A stretch of 63,106 bases of DNA, the filler included, from Bipalium vagum (taxonomy: Eukaryota), in assembly GCA_037834085.1 (NCBI GenBank). It is 3 parts of 3 records of this genome, joined end to end, with 100 filler letters (N's around TTAATTAATTAA, not from the genome) between each part and the next. Parts side by side here need not be neighbours in the genome. Positions count along the whole stretch, not along the records: positions 1 to 29,211 come from JBBMKC010037530.1; 2 more parts are not named here. One strand, written 5' to 3'. How positions within the stretch are numbered: the first letter of the stretch is position 1; each line of letters starts with the position of its first letter. The notes below the pieces were generated by a model that ran no database searches, was not told the DNA's origin, and worked only from the letters and a program-made list of their open reading frames with translations. Made by a program: the position numbers and the translations under genes. Below are positions 1-12,856 of the stretch, piece after piece.

Positions 1-997
1 TTTTGTTATTAATTTCAAAAAAAAATAAAACCTATTCCTTATTAACTATATCTTTTTTCTAGAATATTTCTTATAATGGAATTTAGTAAAGGAACAGAAA
101 TAAATTTTCTTAGGAAAAAATATTACAAGAATTAATAACAGAAACAGTATATATTTTATTATTGTTATTTTTAACCAATCCAGTTTAAAAAACCCTTTTT
201 AAAAGAGCCTCTTATCCAACTCTCAGTTTCAAAAATTTGACAACTAAAATATAAGAAATGTAAAAATATAAAAAAATAAATATTAAATTTATAAATTTTT
301 TAATGTATATTTTGCGACATTTTAAACAACTTTCATCTTTTTTAGATGATTTAAAATTTTAATTTTTATCCATATTATATTGCTTATTTCACTTTTATTA
401 CAATTATTAAATACTAAATTTTTATAACATTTTCTTTGGATTCTTAAAGAATAATAAAAGGTTCATTAAACATTTTTCGTCAATGTTTTATTGAGATAAT
501 TTCTGTTTTGCCATTTTGCTCCTGTCAATTATAATTTATAATTTGACTTCATGTTTAGCCTCAATATTCTCCATAAAATTTATTAAACTATTTATATATT
601 TTTGTTATTAATTATATTCTTATATTTTATATTAATAATTATATGATTATATAATTATAATTATTATAATATTAATAATTTTACTAAATGTAAAGAAATT
701 ATTTATATATTGAAATTATTAATATTTACAATTATTTATTTAATTTTTTATACTAATCTTGAATGTTCGTTTGTAGACCTACTTATTTAATAATTTAAAC
801 ATTGTCCGTTTTTATGAATTTATAATGGACCATATAAGGGTAATTTTCTTTTTTAATAAAACTTTAAATACAAAAAAATTAAGCATGGAAAGTCTTTAAA
901 GAAAAAAGTTCATTTTGCTAATTAAATAGCACTGTTTTTTATTATTATTTATCAAGTGACATTGTTTGTGAGATAACCTAATAAACAAAACCAAATA

Positions 998-1440
998 TTA
1001 GGCTGAGGGAAAAGTATTGTGACATTTTTATATAATAACTTTAAAATAAAAATATTTTAAAATATCGACTAATATCTTTATATTTATTGATAAATAATAA
1101 TAAGACAGATAAGCCTCTATTAAATTAAAATTTTATTTTATTATTGTAGGTTTTTTTAATAATATAACACACTGTTTAACAGACAATGACGACGCAAATT
1201 AGATCTTGCTTACTTTTGGAATATAAGTTAAAGAAAAATTTATCAGAGGCTGCGCGAAATATTTGCCAAGCGTTGGATAAGGATTCAGTTAATAAACGAG
1301 ACAGAGTTGGTTTAAACGGTTTCATTCCATTGAAGATCATTGTTGTTCAAGTCGACCATCAGCGATTGATAATAGTTCTTTAAAACCCAAGACTGTGTTT
1401 AACCCTCAACAATCAACTTGTGCACTTTAATATGAATGTT
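998..1440 (+). mobile_element. mariner transposon, 5' fragment (decayed)
   Basis: TA+TTAGGCTGAGGGAAAAGTA TIR-like start. ORF 1186-1383 begins IRSCLLLEYKLKKNLSEAARNICQALDKDSV, typical of the first mariner HTH, then frameshifts. Confidence 0.8.
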
Positions 1441-4077
1441 AGATAAAGCTACTGAATATTCATTAACTTTAAGTTCATATTTATATTAATTGTTAATAAA
1501 ATAATGGTTATTATCTCAGAATAAATATATTCCCTAGATTATCCATTGATATCAACAAATCCATATCCTTAATTGTTTTGATGATGAATTATGTGAACAT
1601 ATCTATTAGCTGTTATAAAACAATTAAAATAATAATGATAAACGAATATGGTAAAAAGTCAAGAAGAACTTTAAAAGGTTATCAATTGTTCGCTGAAATC
1701 TAAAGATTTATAAGCAATTCCCATTTTTAGAATTTGTTTCATGTTTTTGTTCAATAAAAACAAAATCTTTTTTTTTAAGTTTAATTTCAGTAAAACACCG
1801 AAAGAATACATTGTTTTAATAATACTTTTCTTAATAATATTTTTTAATAATAGTTTTAATTTTAAATTTGACATTTTTTAATTCAACTGTGAAAAGATTA
1901 CAATCTTAAATATTATTTTTAATTAAAATTATTGACTGAGTCATATTTGAGGTTTCTATTAAATTACTGCTCTGATTAAATAATAATAAACAAATAAATA
2001 AAAATTACATTCATGGATTATCTTGGTCTAATAAAAAAAGTTTTTTGACGAGACTTTCAGTAAAGTGTAAATAAAATATATCTAGTTTTGTAATTTAATT
2101 TCTCACTTGTTGACAAAAAATAATAGTTATACAATCTTAAAATTCCGATATTTTCCAAAATAATTAATTAAATTAAAATTTAAGAATTTTTTGCTCTTTC
2201 TGTTTTAAGGTACATAGGTAAAAAGTAAAAGAATCCGCATATCACTGTTTCTTCTTGGTGTGCATTCTATGAATATTTTGCCACACACAGACAAATTTAT
2301 CTAAAAACATTAAGGTAACAAATGTATTATAAATTACCTGATAGTACTAACACACTGTTTTCTCTTAAAAACAGAATTTCATCGGATGGAACACCTATCA
2401 CTAAACTGTTTTTTAATTTAATATCCATTTCTTTATTATCAACATTAAAAAGTTGAGTATTTATAAAAAATCGGCCAAAAAGAAACTTTTTAATCATTAT
2501 GGTTAAAAAAAAAACATGATCCAAAGTATAGTTTCTTATGAATGAATTCTCCATTTATGGTATAACAAGACCATTTCTCAAAAATTAGGTCTAATAATCT
2601 TATATATGACAAAATGGATTAGGATACTAAAATAATGAGAATTTCTCTTCCGTTTCAAAAAGGAAAAAAATATTATTAAAACATCCTATTATGTCCAAAA
2701 ATATCCATGCAAAACAATAAACAAATCACAAATGTCGCCAACAATCAATGATTATAAAAATGAATCAAATATAATAATATAACCTTGTAAATATTAAGGC
2801 ACAATAGTTCTTCTGACTGAAATAACTATTTACATAAATTGTAATAAATCGAAACAAACTTCTAAGCTCTGGGCAGGCCGTTGAAGACTTCAACGTCTTT
2901 GATACTGATCAGATAACTAATCAATCGTAGACCAATATTCTTAATTTTGAATGATAATTTCCTTTTAAGACTTTTATGGCTAAATCAGTCTCTAATTGTG
3001 GTCCTTGATCTAATCTTGGCAATTCCACATTCGACATTGTAAAGATTAGACGATCAAAGATAAAAAATGTTGATTATTTTATTATTAGTAGTAGTAGTAC
3101 TATTATTAATCTTTGTACTTTTAATAATTATAACTATATTATTTTTATTAGTAGTAGTATTAGTATTATTATTATTTAATTATTACTTTTAGAATTATTA
3201 TTATTATTATTATTGCTTTATTTAAAATAAAATCTCTAAAATAATTAAACTGCTTTTATTAATTATAGAAAAAATACTTTAAGAATTACGGGAAATGATT
3301 TGTAAGTTTTATAATCCAGTTCTTTCCGAATATGAATAATTTTTAAACTCTGATTTTTTTCTTTTAGATGAAATTAATAATGGTCTTGGTTAAGGTTATA
3401 GTGGAGCATTTTTATGTTAAAAATGTGAACCGAACTGTTTATGGTCTCAGATTAAATTCAACTTTTCTCTTATTTAGTTTTCTGCTTTTATTTAATTAAT
3501 AATTTTAATGTTTTGAAAATGAAATCCCTTTTTTTAAGAAACAGTCTGTTCTCAAAAAGTCTTTCAGCTTTTTAATCGAATAAACATGAACTGGTTGTCA
3601 AATCTTACAAACTCCCTAAACAATAAGACATATACTTAATTAAAATACATTGTGCTGAGATCAATCCTATATCGACAGTAGTTTAGGATCAAGAGCTATT
3701 CTCAAAAAATCACACTGTTCAAAAAGTTGTTTCTGACCCCTTGGTCATGTAACCTTATTGAATCAAAGTTTTAACTCCTAAAGTTCTATTGTGTTTGCAA
3801 ATCCTGTCCAATAATCAATGCCCTATCCATATGCAGATTTTTCTCCTATCAACAATAGAAAACAAAGATACATATTTATTTTTCAGTAAAATTGAAAACG
3901 CCGACATCTACAACTGCACATTTGCCTCAAGAAAGACAGGTTCAACATTTGACTGATCCAAAATATTTATTCTTTGAAAATTCCTCCTCAAATTCCGAAT
4001 CGAAGGCCATCTGGCTTGAAGTCGACCATTGACGGTATTAAGAATGTGACACTTATAAGGATTAATGGAATGCTTTA

Positions 4078-5376
4078 TTAAAAATCAAAATCTGAATGCG
4101 TTATTGGTAGCTTTATAATTTCATTTTCACTATCTCCATTTCCCAATTGTACAAAAACGTATTGTTCGTCTAATCCCGTTTCTCGATTGTAGAAATAATT
4201 GAAGTTTGAAACGATGACAGGTACAGGAAGTGCTATAGTTAACACTCCGGCGATAGCGCACAGGCTACCAACCAATTTTCCCCACATTGTCACAGGATGC
4301 ATGTCACCGTACCCAACAGTTGTCATGGTCACAACTGCCCACCAGAATCCATCAGGAATGCTACGAAAGAAAGTATTGTCTGTATCTGATTCAACAAAAT
4401 AGACTGCACTGCTAAACAGAATAACACATATAAAAAGAAAAAATATCAACAATCCTAATTCTTGAGTGCTGGCTTTCAACGTTTTACCTAGAACTTGTAA
4501 ACCTTTGGAATGGCGAGACAGTTTGAAAATACGAAATACTCTTACCAGTCGAATGACCCGTAAAATTGCAAGAGACGTTGTTTGACTGCTCGTTCCACTG
4601 TCACTCACCAGTGCCGTTCCCAAAGTGATAAAATAGGGCATGATGGCAACGATGTCAATGAGATTCATAACATTCTTAAAGAAACCGAATTTATCTGGAG
4701 CAGAAGCAAATCTTGCCAACAATTCAAACGTAAACCAAACAATGCAACATGTTTCAATAATAAAAAACGGTTCAGAAAATCGAGGAATAGACTCTTCTTC
4801 CACTTCAATGTTCTCCTTCACATCTATCGATATGGTTTTGTTGATCAGACTGTAATTTCTAAACACGGGCAACGTTTCCACACAGAAGATAACAATGGAT
4901 ATGACAATCACAGTGATTGATATCACGGCCACACAACGGGCCGGCATTGAACTTTCCGGATATTCGAACAGTAGACATACTTTACGTTGCATCTTATTTT
5001 TGGGCAATATTCTCACTTCCTCTTTCGCATATCCTTCATTTTCCCGATACTGATTGATGGCATCTTCTCCTAATTCAAAGAATCGTATTTCTTCCAGAAA
5101 TATGTCGACCGGTATATTAATGGGCCTTCTCAATCGACCGTAGCTTTGATAGAAATAAAGAATCGAATCGAAGCTTGATCGGTTGCGATCGAAGAAATAT
5201 TCATTTTTTATGGAATCATAATAGGCATTTCGTTTGGACTCGTTTCCAAGCAACGTGTTGGGGTATCGATTCACGGTTGAGAGATAGGTTTCAAAAATCA
5301 ATCCGCTAACATTGATCACAAGTCTCTCCTTGTTGGCGTTGACAATGGACTGGATGTCGACCGATCTGTTTTGCAT
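4078..5376 (-). CDS. Shaker: Voltage-gated potassium channel, Shaker/Kv1 subfamily
   Basis: T1 domain ([35 protein letters not shown]), S4 [25 protein letters not shown], pore TMTTVGYGD and S6 [15 protein letters not shown], all in one 432-aa ORF. Confidence 0.98.
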   Translation of the reverse strand: MQNRSVDIQSIVNANKERLVINVSGLIFETYLSTVNRYPNTLLGNESKRNAYYDSIKNEYFFDRNRSSFDSILYFYQSYGRLRRPINIPVDIFLEEIRFFELGEDAINQYRENEGYAKEEVRILPKNKMQRKVCLLFEYPESSMPARCVAVISITVIVISIVIFCVETLPVFRNYSLINKTISIDVKENIEVEEESIPRFSEPFFIIETCCIVWFTFELLARFASAPDKFGFFKNVMNLIDIVAIMPYFITLGTALVSDSGTSSQTTSLAILRVIRLVRVFRIFKLSRHSKGLQVLGKTLKASTQELGLLIFFLFICVILFSSAVYFVESDTDNTFFRSIPDGFWWAVVTMTTVGYGDMHPVTMWGKLVGSLCAIAGVLTIALPVPVIVSNFNYFYNRETGLDEQYVFVQLGNGDSENEIIKLPITHSDFDF

Positions 5377-5941
5377 AGTTCGTAAAGCCGGCTGGAGACA
5401 ATGGGAAACGTCAAATCAACATTTATTGTTTTTGCTTTTCGATGGATGTTTGATGATAAAAAATAAATCGTGATTTTCTTTTCTGTTTTGTAAACAACGC
5501 GAAAGTTTAGTCGAAATCGAACTCGAGCAAAAATCCAATTCCAATAACTGCACAGGAAAAATGAAACTGTGCAGCAAAATTCTGTTGAATTTGCATTGGA
5601 ATCACTGTGCTGCTTTTATTTGAACAGATCAAACCAATTCGTAATCTTATCTGCTATCAATCTGGGACACACAGCTGCAATTTGTTTATTTGCTTGCCAT
5701 CTTGGTATTAGTGTTCCATGACTTCGATGCTTAAGTATCCTCGAGAGGTCTGATTGTCTATCACTTTAGTCAGCGTTAAACTTATCATTTGGTTATCATT
5801 AGAGGCCAGTCTGGTTGGATTTTGTCATTATCTGACAACAATAATCGTCAATTATTAATAACCAGGAAATTTAGTAAAATCCATTAACATTCTACTGGAT
5901 TATTAAATAAATCTTATTAAATTTAAAATTTGTTTTAATAA

Positions 5942-5973
<32 letters not shown>

Positions 5974-7109
5974 TTAGAGGGAACAATTTCTATATAATCA
6001 TGAGAAGCCTATCACATCGATATAAATTAATGATCCTGTGATCAGTTTCAAACTCATTTTCATTAAACGAGAATTAAACAAATTTCAAATATTATTTATA
6101 TATCATAAAAAATAAAAATAGGAAGATATATAATGACAATTGAATATATAATTCAATGAATATTTGATAAAAATTATTTATTATCCATAGGACCTTAATT
6201 GGCAGATATTTACCGAATTTAATCATGGTAATTTTCTAGGTAAAATGTTTTTATTTTTCTTCGGTTAAAAATATTTAAAATTTCAAAAGAAAAGATGTTT
6301 TTTTTTCTAATTTAATCTTTTTTTTATTAATGAAAATAAATTATAATATTTTGTTAATTAATTAGAACGAGAATTTATCTGAAAATTACTATTACTAATG
6401 TTCAGAAAATTTTTTGAAAAAATTTCAATTTTAACATTGTAATTTTTTTCGTGCAAAAATAATGATTAATTAATTTTGTGAAATTTTTCTTGAAATTCCC
6501 ATTTCCTTCAGTCGGTACAACTGCATCAATACAGTCCAGTTCAGACAATATTATTTTATACATATATATAATTAATTAATAAGAATATAAATATATATAA
6601 ATATTAATTAATAAGACAAAATCACTTTTATGAGTTCTTTTCTTGATTCTCTGATAAAATTAAAATGCTCCAAGAATAAATATTCTTTTATATAATTATC
6701 TGATATATCTTCAGAAAAGAACTCTTTTCTAACAAAAGCATTTTAAATTTCATTTTATATTTAATAATATTTTTAATAATATAATAATAGAAAGGTCTAC
6801 TGATAATTTTAAAAATTGAGTGGTTAATTTATTGTAATGTTTTACATATTATTATTTGTTTTGAGTAATATTTATTGGAATATTCTATAAAAACTCAAAA
6901 TGTAACTAATTGATAAATTAAAATAGTCTATTATTAAGAAAATAAATATCGATAAAAAATAAAGATTATGACGATAAGTTCAATTTGCGAATATAATTTA
7001 AGCATTTGTGTATTATTTTTATATTTCTCGAACTTTAGAAGTAAATCAATCATTATTAAAAACGAATCAAAATACATTTAGTTGAGGCTTGAATATGAGT
7101 GGTCAGTAA

Positions 7110-7510
7110 TATTAGGTGTCCAAACAAGGTCTTATTGATTTTTTTTTAAAAATTAAGTCAACATTTTAAAGTTTAGATATCAAGGATCGCCCAACAGTGA
7201 CGTCTGTTTGTATATTCTGAATAAAACAGAAATATGTGTGAATTTTTTGAAATATATAAGAAATATACACAAATTATACATGAAACAATATCATTCAAAT
7301 GTCTACCACGAATTTATCTGTTGAAATCAATCGAGAATCAAAAATTTTAATTACATTTCAACATTTTTCTGAAGTTATTTCATGAACTGCTTTAAATATT
7401 GTTCTTTATCTCTTTTATTGTTTCTGGCCTGTTTAAGTAAATCTTACTTTTCAGGAAATCCCAAAAAAGTTCAAAGGAGTTAAGTCACAAGATCTCGAAG
7501 ACCATACAAC
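7110..7510 (-). mobile_element. Tc1/mariner-superfamily transposase relic (WPPRSPDL-type C-terminus)
   Basis: Minus strand near 7450-7505 reads WSSRSCDLTPLNF, a decayed WPPRSPDLTPLDFFLWG motif. TIR-like TATTAGGTGTCC at 7110 may belong to another element. Confidence 0.6.
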
Positions 7511-7539
7511 ATACACACATCATATTTTATGACTTTATC

Positions 7540-7800
7540 CCAATGGTTTTGACACTTTGCAATTCTATTTTTTTAAAAAACTTTTTTTTACTGAGGAAGA
7601 AATTGGAAAATTCCATTTTTAGATCCATTTCATTTGTGTAATTCTTTCCCCTTCAATGGTTATCATGATACAGAAATAGGTTAAAATCTGTTGGCAAGGG
7701 ATCAGGTGAATATTGTTGATGATAAATGATTTCCCACCCAAAATGAACTATCTTGTTCATATTTTACTATTTACGGTCGATAATTGTCGTGAAGTAATAT
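7540..7800 (-). mobile_element. mariner transposase C-terminal relic
   Basis: Minus strand reads LLHDNYRP...GWEIIYHQQYSPDPLPTDFNLF, matching HDNARPH and YSPDLAPSDYHLF. Confidence 0.8.
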
Positions 7801-7936
7801 TGAAATAATATTGTATTATTGTAATCGATAAAATCTAAAATAAATATAGACAAATATTAATAATCAATTGCATATTAATTCAATCATTATATATTTAATA
7901 TTAAACAAAATATTAAATGGGGTTTCTTAATGTTTA

Positions 7937-9358
7937 ATGGGAAATGTCTGGTGTTGTCGTCCCAATAGCTACATAATTGATTATTCACACAGGAAAATAG
8001 TTATTTCCCAGGGTGTACAATGTAGTCTTTTAATGCCACCACATCATATGGATTCTCATATTTGTATTCCAAAACCCATGTGTCATTTACGACATTGTCA
8101 ATGTGGTCTTTATGGAGCTGGAAATTTGAAATTCGGGCATTTTGAAGGAAATAACAATAAGGAAGTGGTAAATTCCACTGAAAGAACTATAAAATCGAAA
8201 ATCCGTACCTCACAGGAAAAGTTTTTCTGTGAACACAATGATCCTCTGGTCAGTTTGTCGGAAACCTTTTCAGAATCATCGCTTGAGGATTTCGTAGCCA
8301 GGAAACGTTTGTCTCATAATAAAAATCAAAATTCTGATATGAAATTAATAAAAAGATTATATCGTCTACCTGAAAATGAAGTCAGTGACAGCCATTGTGA
8401 TAATACTTTGTTCAATAAATCTCTCAACAGTTCAACGGATATATCGACCGATGCCGTACGAGAAAGTGAGACAAAAAATTGTAAAGAGACCTATGTTAAG
8501 AATCGAGTTCGTAAAAAAAGAAAAAATGGTAGACAGAACAATGTCGACAGCTCCTCAAACAATTCCATTTCAACAGAAAATTCTATACTTCATAATAATA
8601 AATACGACTCAAACAGTGATAACAACAAGAAAAATGACCTGAACAACTCTGCAGACACGATTTCCATTGACGATTCCAAGAGGGCTTCTGAATTTCCAAT
8701 AGACCGAATTACACCGAAGAAATCTATTCTAAAAAATAACAACTCTCTGAAGGATGTAGTCAATGCAACGGTAATTGACAGTGAGGATAACAGAAACTCT
8801 TTAAATTCCATAATAATACCGATTGAAAAACAAATGACTTTACCAGATAAAAATTATGATGATCAATTACCTCATCGCTGCTTGTCCGCCATGAGCAACC
8901 ACGATTCGTTGGATCAATTGATGTCACTATTAAAATCTCCCACCTTCACAATGACCGATGAAAAGCTCTTAAAGCCCAATAAATCAAAATCGATAGATTG
9001 TATCAACAAGTCAGTCAATTTTACCAAAGATGCTGATCTAAAACCGTTCCATGAAAATCAACAGAAACAGATCACGAAATCAGGCTATCAGGTATTGCCG
9101 AATGGCAAAATCAAAAAGCGTCTCATACTTAGAGAGACTCACAAATTGTTTGATATTCTTAACGATCCTAATGACAGAAGAATCAGAGCTATATGTGACA
9201 GGTATCAGTGTGATTTGGAAATCTTTGTTAGGCCCCCGAAAATAGGTCTCATGTATTTTGCAATAGAAATTCTGGCACCGGATAAGTATTCGTTAAGAAT
9301 GTGCGTACGGGAGTTAGATTCATCGATGAAATGGTGTATTTCATCGCAGTTATTTTAA
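7937..9358 (+). CDS. Uncharacterised 473-aa protein with putative N-terminal dual acylation signal, S/N/K-rich linker and C-terminal KH-like domain
   Basis: 1.4-kb uninterrupted ORF in very AT-rich DNA. Starts MGNVWCC. Last ~85 aa show a beta-alpha-alpha-beta-beta-alpha-like hydrophobic pattern (domain call is inference). Confidence 0.85.
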   Translation: MGNVWCCRPNSYIIDYSHRKIVISQGVQCSLLMPPHHMDSHICIPKPMCHLRHCQCGLYGAGNLKFGHFEGNNNKEVVNSTERTIKSKIRTSQEKFFCEHNDPLVSLSETFSESSLEDFVARKRLSHNKNQNSDMKLIKRLYRLPENEVSDSHCDNTLFNKSLNSSTDISTDAVRESETKNCKETYVKNRVRKKRKNGRQNNVDSSSNNSISTENSILHNNKYDSNSDNNKKNDLNNSADTISIDDSKRASEFPIDRITPKKSILKNNNSLKDVVNATVIDSEDNRNSLNSIIIPIEKQMTLPDKNYDDQLPHRCLSAMSNHDSLDQLMSLLKSPTFTMTDEKLLKPNKSKSIDCINKSVNFTKDADLKPFHENQQKQITKSGYQVLPNGKIKKRLILRETHKLFDILNDPNDRRIRAICDRYQCDLEIFVRPPKIGLMYFAIEILAPDKYSLRMCVRELDSSMKWCISSQLF

Positions 9359-10290
9359 ATTTTCCTCTTTGTCAAAGATAGAATATTAAGAGTATTAACA
9401 ATTTTATATTTGATCATGAAATATTATTATATAATACATCATATTCTAAATGCAGTTAGAAGTTATATTGTGTTAGATGAGATTGAATGTTCAGTATGTC
9501 AATGTATATCTGCTGATAATAATTTCCCATCCAATGTTCAATGGATTATGAAAGGTTTTTGTCGTTTTCTTTTCCTAAAGAAATAAAATCACAAATTTTC
9601 TAATTCAATGTTATATATGGCTTTATCAATAAGTATGACAAATATTTTTTGTTATTTTATTCTTTTAATGTCAATTTATTTATATTTCGGTAAATACTCT
9701 TAAAACGAGTATGATTTGTAGCTGTAGAATTAAGATAGATATTTTAACAGCTTTCACTGTTTTACAAATTATACCATCCTAAAATTTCTTAGAATAGATA
9801 TTATGGACCCTTTAGATCGTGCAATTGATTAAAAAAATAACAATGTGTTAAATAAAACAACTTTTTGTATATCATGCTATTAATATAACTTACTAACTGT
9901 CTTAATAAGATAAAGACAAATAGACTTAAGGTTTAGTTCTGTAAGCAGTAGCTGAAGCTTCTGGTGTTATAACATGTATTCAAAATGTTGTCATTTATGA
10001 ATTTTACAAAACAGAAGAAGAGAAAAACAGTTTTTGATTACCCCATATCCAATGGAACCATCTAATTTCTTGAAGCCGTACAAAATTATCAACTTCAAGT
10101 AATTAATAGGTTCTCAGTTTATGACAGTAAATATGGTATTTTAGAACTCCGTAGAGGAAACGGTCCAACTTGAAAAAGATTATTTTTGAAAAAATTAATT
10201 TTTTTTATCATGCTCTACAGTGACTTAGAACTTTCTATTTTTAAAATTTTTATTTTGATGCATTTAATCTGAAAACATCACTATTACTTA

Positions 10291-11000
10291 CAGTGCGACA
10301 CAAATTAATTGCCACACCTTATAAAATTAAGTAATCTTGATTATTTTTCAAGGCATTTACAGTTTAATTTATTTTTTTTAATTTAATGATAGAACATGTT
10401 CTTAGAACATATCTTATCAACAATCTAATATTTTACTTAAGTTAGAGTTAATTTAACCTAATTTGTTAAAATAAAGCAATTTTTTCTTGACAATAATTAA
10501 TTGCCGCACCAATTTTATTTTAAGTTTATTCAATAAATTTTTATTTTAAAGTTAAAATCTTTAATCCATATTATAAGTGAGTATTAATATTTATAAAATT
10601 TGCTTATTTTAAGTTCTTAGTAAATTCTGAAATATCCAAATTTCCGCAAGTTATCGGACACTGAGAAAAGAATGATTAAAGCCTACCACGATACTGGAAA
10701 ATCCAACAGATGGATTGCAAATAAGATCCAGAGGAATGAAAGTTCCATAAGGAATTATTTAAGAAATGGAGATAGGAAAAAAATGAAAAGTGAATCCAAA
10801 CAAATGTTTGTGACAAAAGAAGGCTACTGATTTTCCGCAAAACAAGTAATATATCTATTTCGATTGCTACGATTAAAGATCTTCAATTAAATATAAGCAG
10901 GGAAAGTACCCGTTTGAATTGGGCGAAAAGAAATTCCAGGGACAAAGAATGGAAACATGGCATCTGGATTGACGAGAAAAAATTAATTTAGATGGGCTCA
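10291..11000 (+). mobile_element. Tc3-like transposon, 3'-truncated
   Basis: TA+CAGTGCGACACAAATTAATTGCCACACC TIR with internal repeat AATTAATTGCCGCACC near 10495. Encodes KLSDTEKRMIKAYHDTGKSNRWIANKIQR and later WIDEKK/NLDG. Confidence 0.85.
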
Positions 11001-12139
11001 TATGTATATGTAACAAAAATTAAAGCAGATATTTCAAAACAGATTTCTGAGATAACTGAATAATAAATTTCGTTTTATTATGAAATTTAATTTTAATGTA
11101 TTAAATAAGTTTCGGTAATTAAGTTTGTATACAGATGATATAATTAATCCAATAGAATGAATTTTTATAATAATGGTTTGAAATTTTTAAGGTGACAATC
11201 ACATAAAAGCAAAACCGATTTACAAATCCACTCTAAAAGTTATTGTAGGCGGGTATTTTAGTCTTCATTTGGAATTCTTATCATATATTTTACACAGTAG
11301 TTACGGCATAATTATTAAGACAACCGCGTATTATTTTAAAAAAACCCAGTTAAGTCACCAATTTATGTCATTAAATATTTCAAAAATGATCTATTAATAT
11401 TTAAGATCAAAATGGCTTTCTAAAATTAATTGATCATATTTATACTAAAATATAGATGGGTAGTTACTGCTAACACAGATGACCTATAATGGATCTTGTT
11501 CTTAAAGAATAAGCTAATTATTTTTTACAGATTTTTATAATTTAAATTTAAAATATCCCATTTTAATTAAAACTAAGAAAAACTGACCAAAACGGTTTTT
11601 CAGTACGAACAAAAAAATTAAATATGCATAATTCAACGTGTTACTACATGTGCTAACTGGTTTTCAGTACATATTATTTAGATGCTTTTCGGTGTGTAAG
11701 ATTTTTAACTAATAAAATAATTCTAAAATCCAATCCAAAATCTGCATCGTTCTGTCTCTTGAAAACGTAAATAGTTACAAATAAATCTATAATTTTAATA
11801 AAATTAGGACAATTTTACATTTTTAATTCCAATATATACCTATTTTATATTAAACATTATCAGTAGACAAATAAAACGTATTTAAGTATTCTTATCAAAT
11901 TGAGAGAAATATTTTCAATTGACCAATTCAGTTTTAACAAAGGTTTTCTTGAGAATATTAATCCAATTTAACTTATTGTTATTCACTATTTGAGTTTTTG
12001 CTTTTGTGATAAAATGTAGTTGATACTGAAGAAATTTTATACGATCAGGATCATTAAAAAACCAAGATAAGAGAATTTTTAGAAAAAATGACTTAAATTG
12101 CTTCCAAAAAGTAACTATCCTCAACTATTTAGGTCAATA

Positions 12140-12202
12140 TACCATTTCAAGCTTTATTTTAAAGTTTTCAACTTCAACTTTAAAATAGAGCTTGAAATGG
12201 TA
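12140..12202. repeat. Near-perfect 63-nt inverted repeat (27-bp stem, 9-nt loop)
   Basis: TACCATTTCAAGCTTTATTTTAAAGTT-ttcaacttc-AACTTTAAAATAGAGCTTGAAATGGTA, with one T.G mismatch. Confidence 0.95.
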
Positions 12203-12856
12203 AACAAAAAACTTATGAATTCCGGAAATATTTTGCTACCTTTGTAAATATATTTCGATATTTTGTTCAACATTCAAATATAAATTAATTGAATTTTACA
12301 GAGAATTCTTGACAATTTAAATTTTAATTTAAAATATTCAAATTATGTGACCATACACGTACACGTTACCACGAAAACTTAATTTACCACCTTTCAATTC
12401 TATTCAAATTTATTGTTTCCTAATGAAAATTTCACTTATTTATTATTAAATGGTTAATAATTTACTTAATTTTTTAATGTCTTTAAAATAAAATTATTGA
12501 TAATATAAAAAGCTTTGGTCACAACATTAAAAAAATTATCAAAATTCTGAAATTGACAGATTAAAATTAACATTCAAAACGTTTGTAACCCTGATTTAGT
12601 ATTACTTTATGTCATTCTAATTTGAAAATAAAATAATAGCTATTTTGACATATATCATTTACGTTAATAAGTCAACTGAGACAAGAATCGAAAACTACGT
12701 AGTCTCCGGTGTCCACTTAAAAATAAAAATTTTCAAATTAAAATTTTTAAGAGAGTTTATGCTAAACAAATTTGATCACCATAAAAACTTAAAACCAATT
12801 ATCAGAATGTAAATAAATGAAAGAAAAAAGTCATTTTTTATTTAAAGTAAAAAAAA

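Noticed and set aside
2860-3040. DQGPQLETDL resembling a gypsy integrase motif
   Set aside because: Single short motif with too little flanking similarity to call.
4199-4920. Antisense and alternate-frame ORFs over Kv1 (and similar ones over TELO2, ferlin and the orphans)
   Set aside because: Shadow frames of real coding sequence, with no independent motifs.
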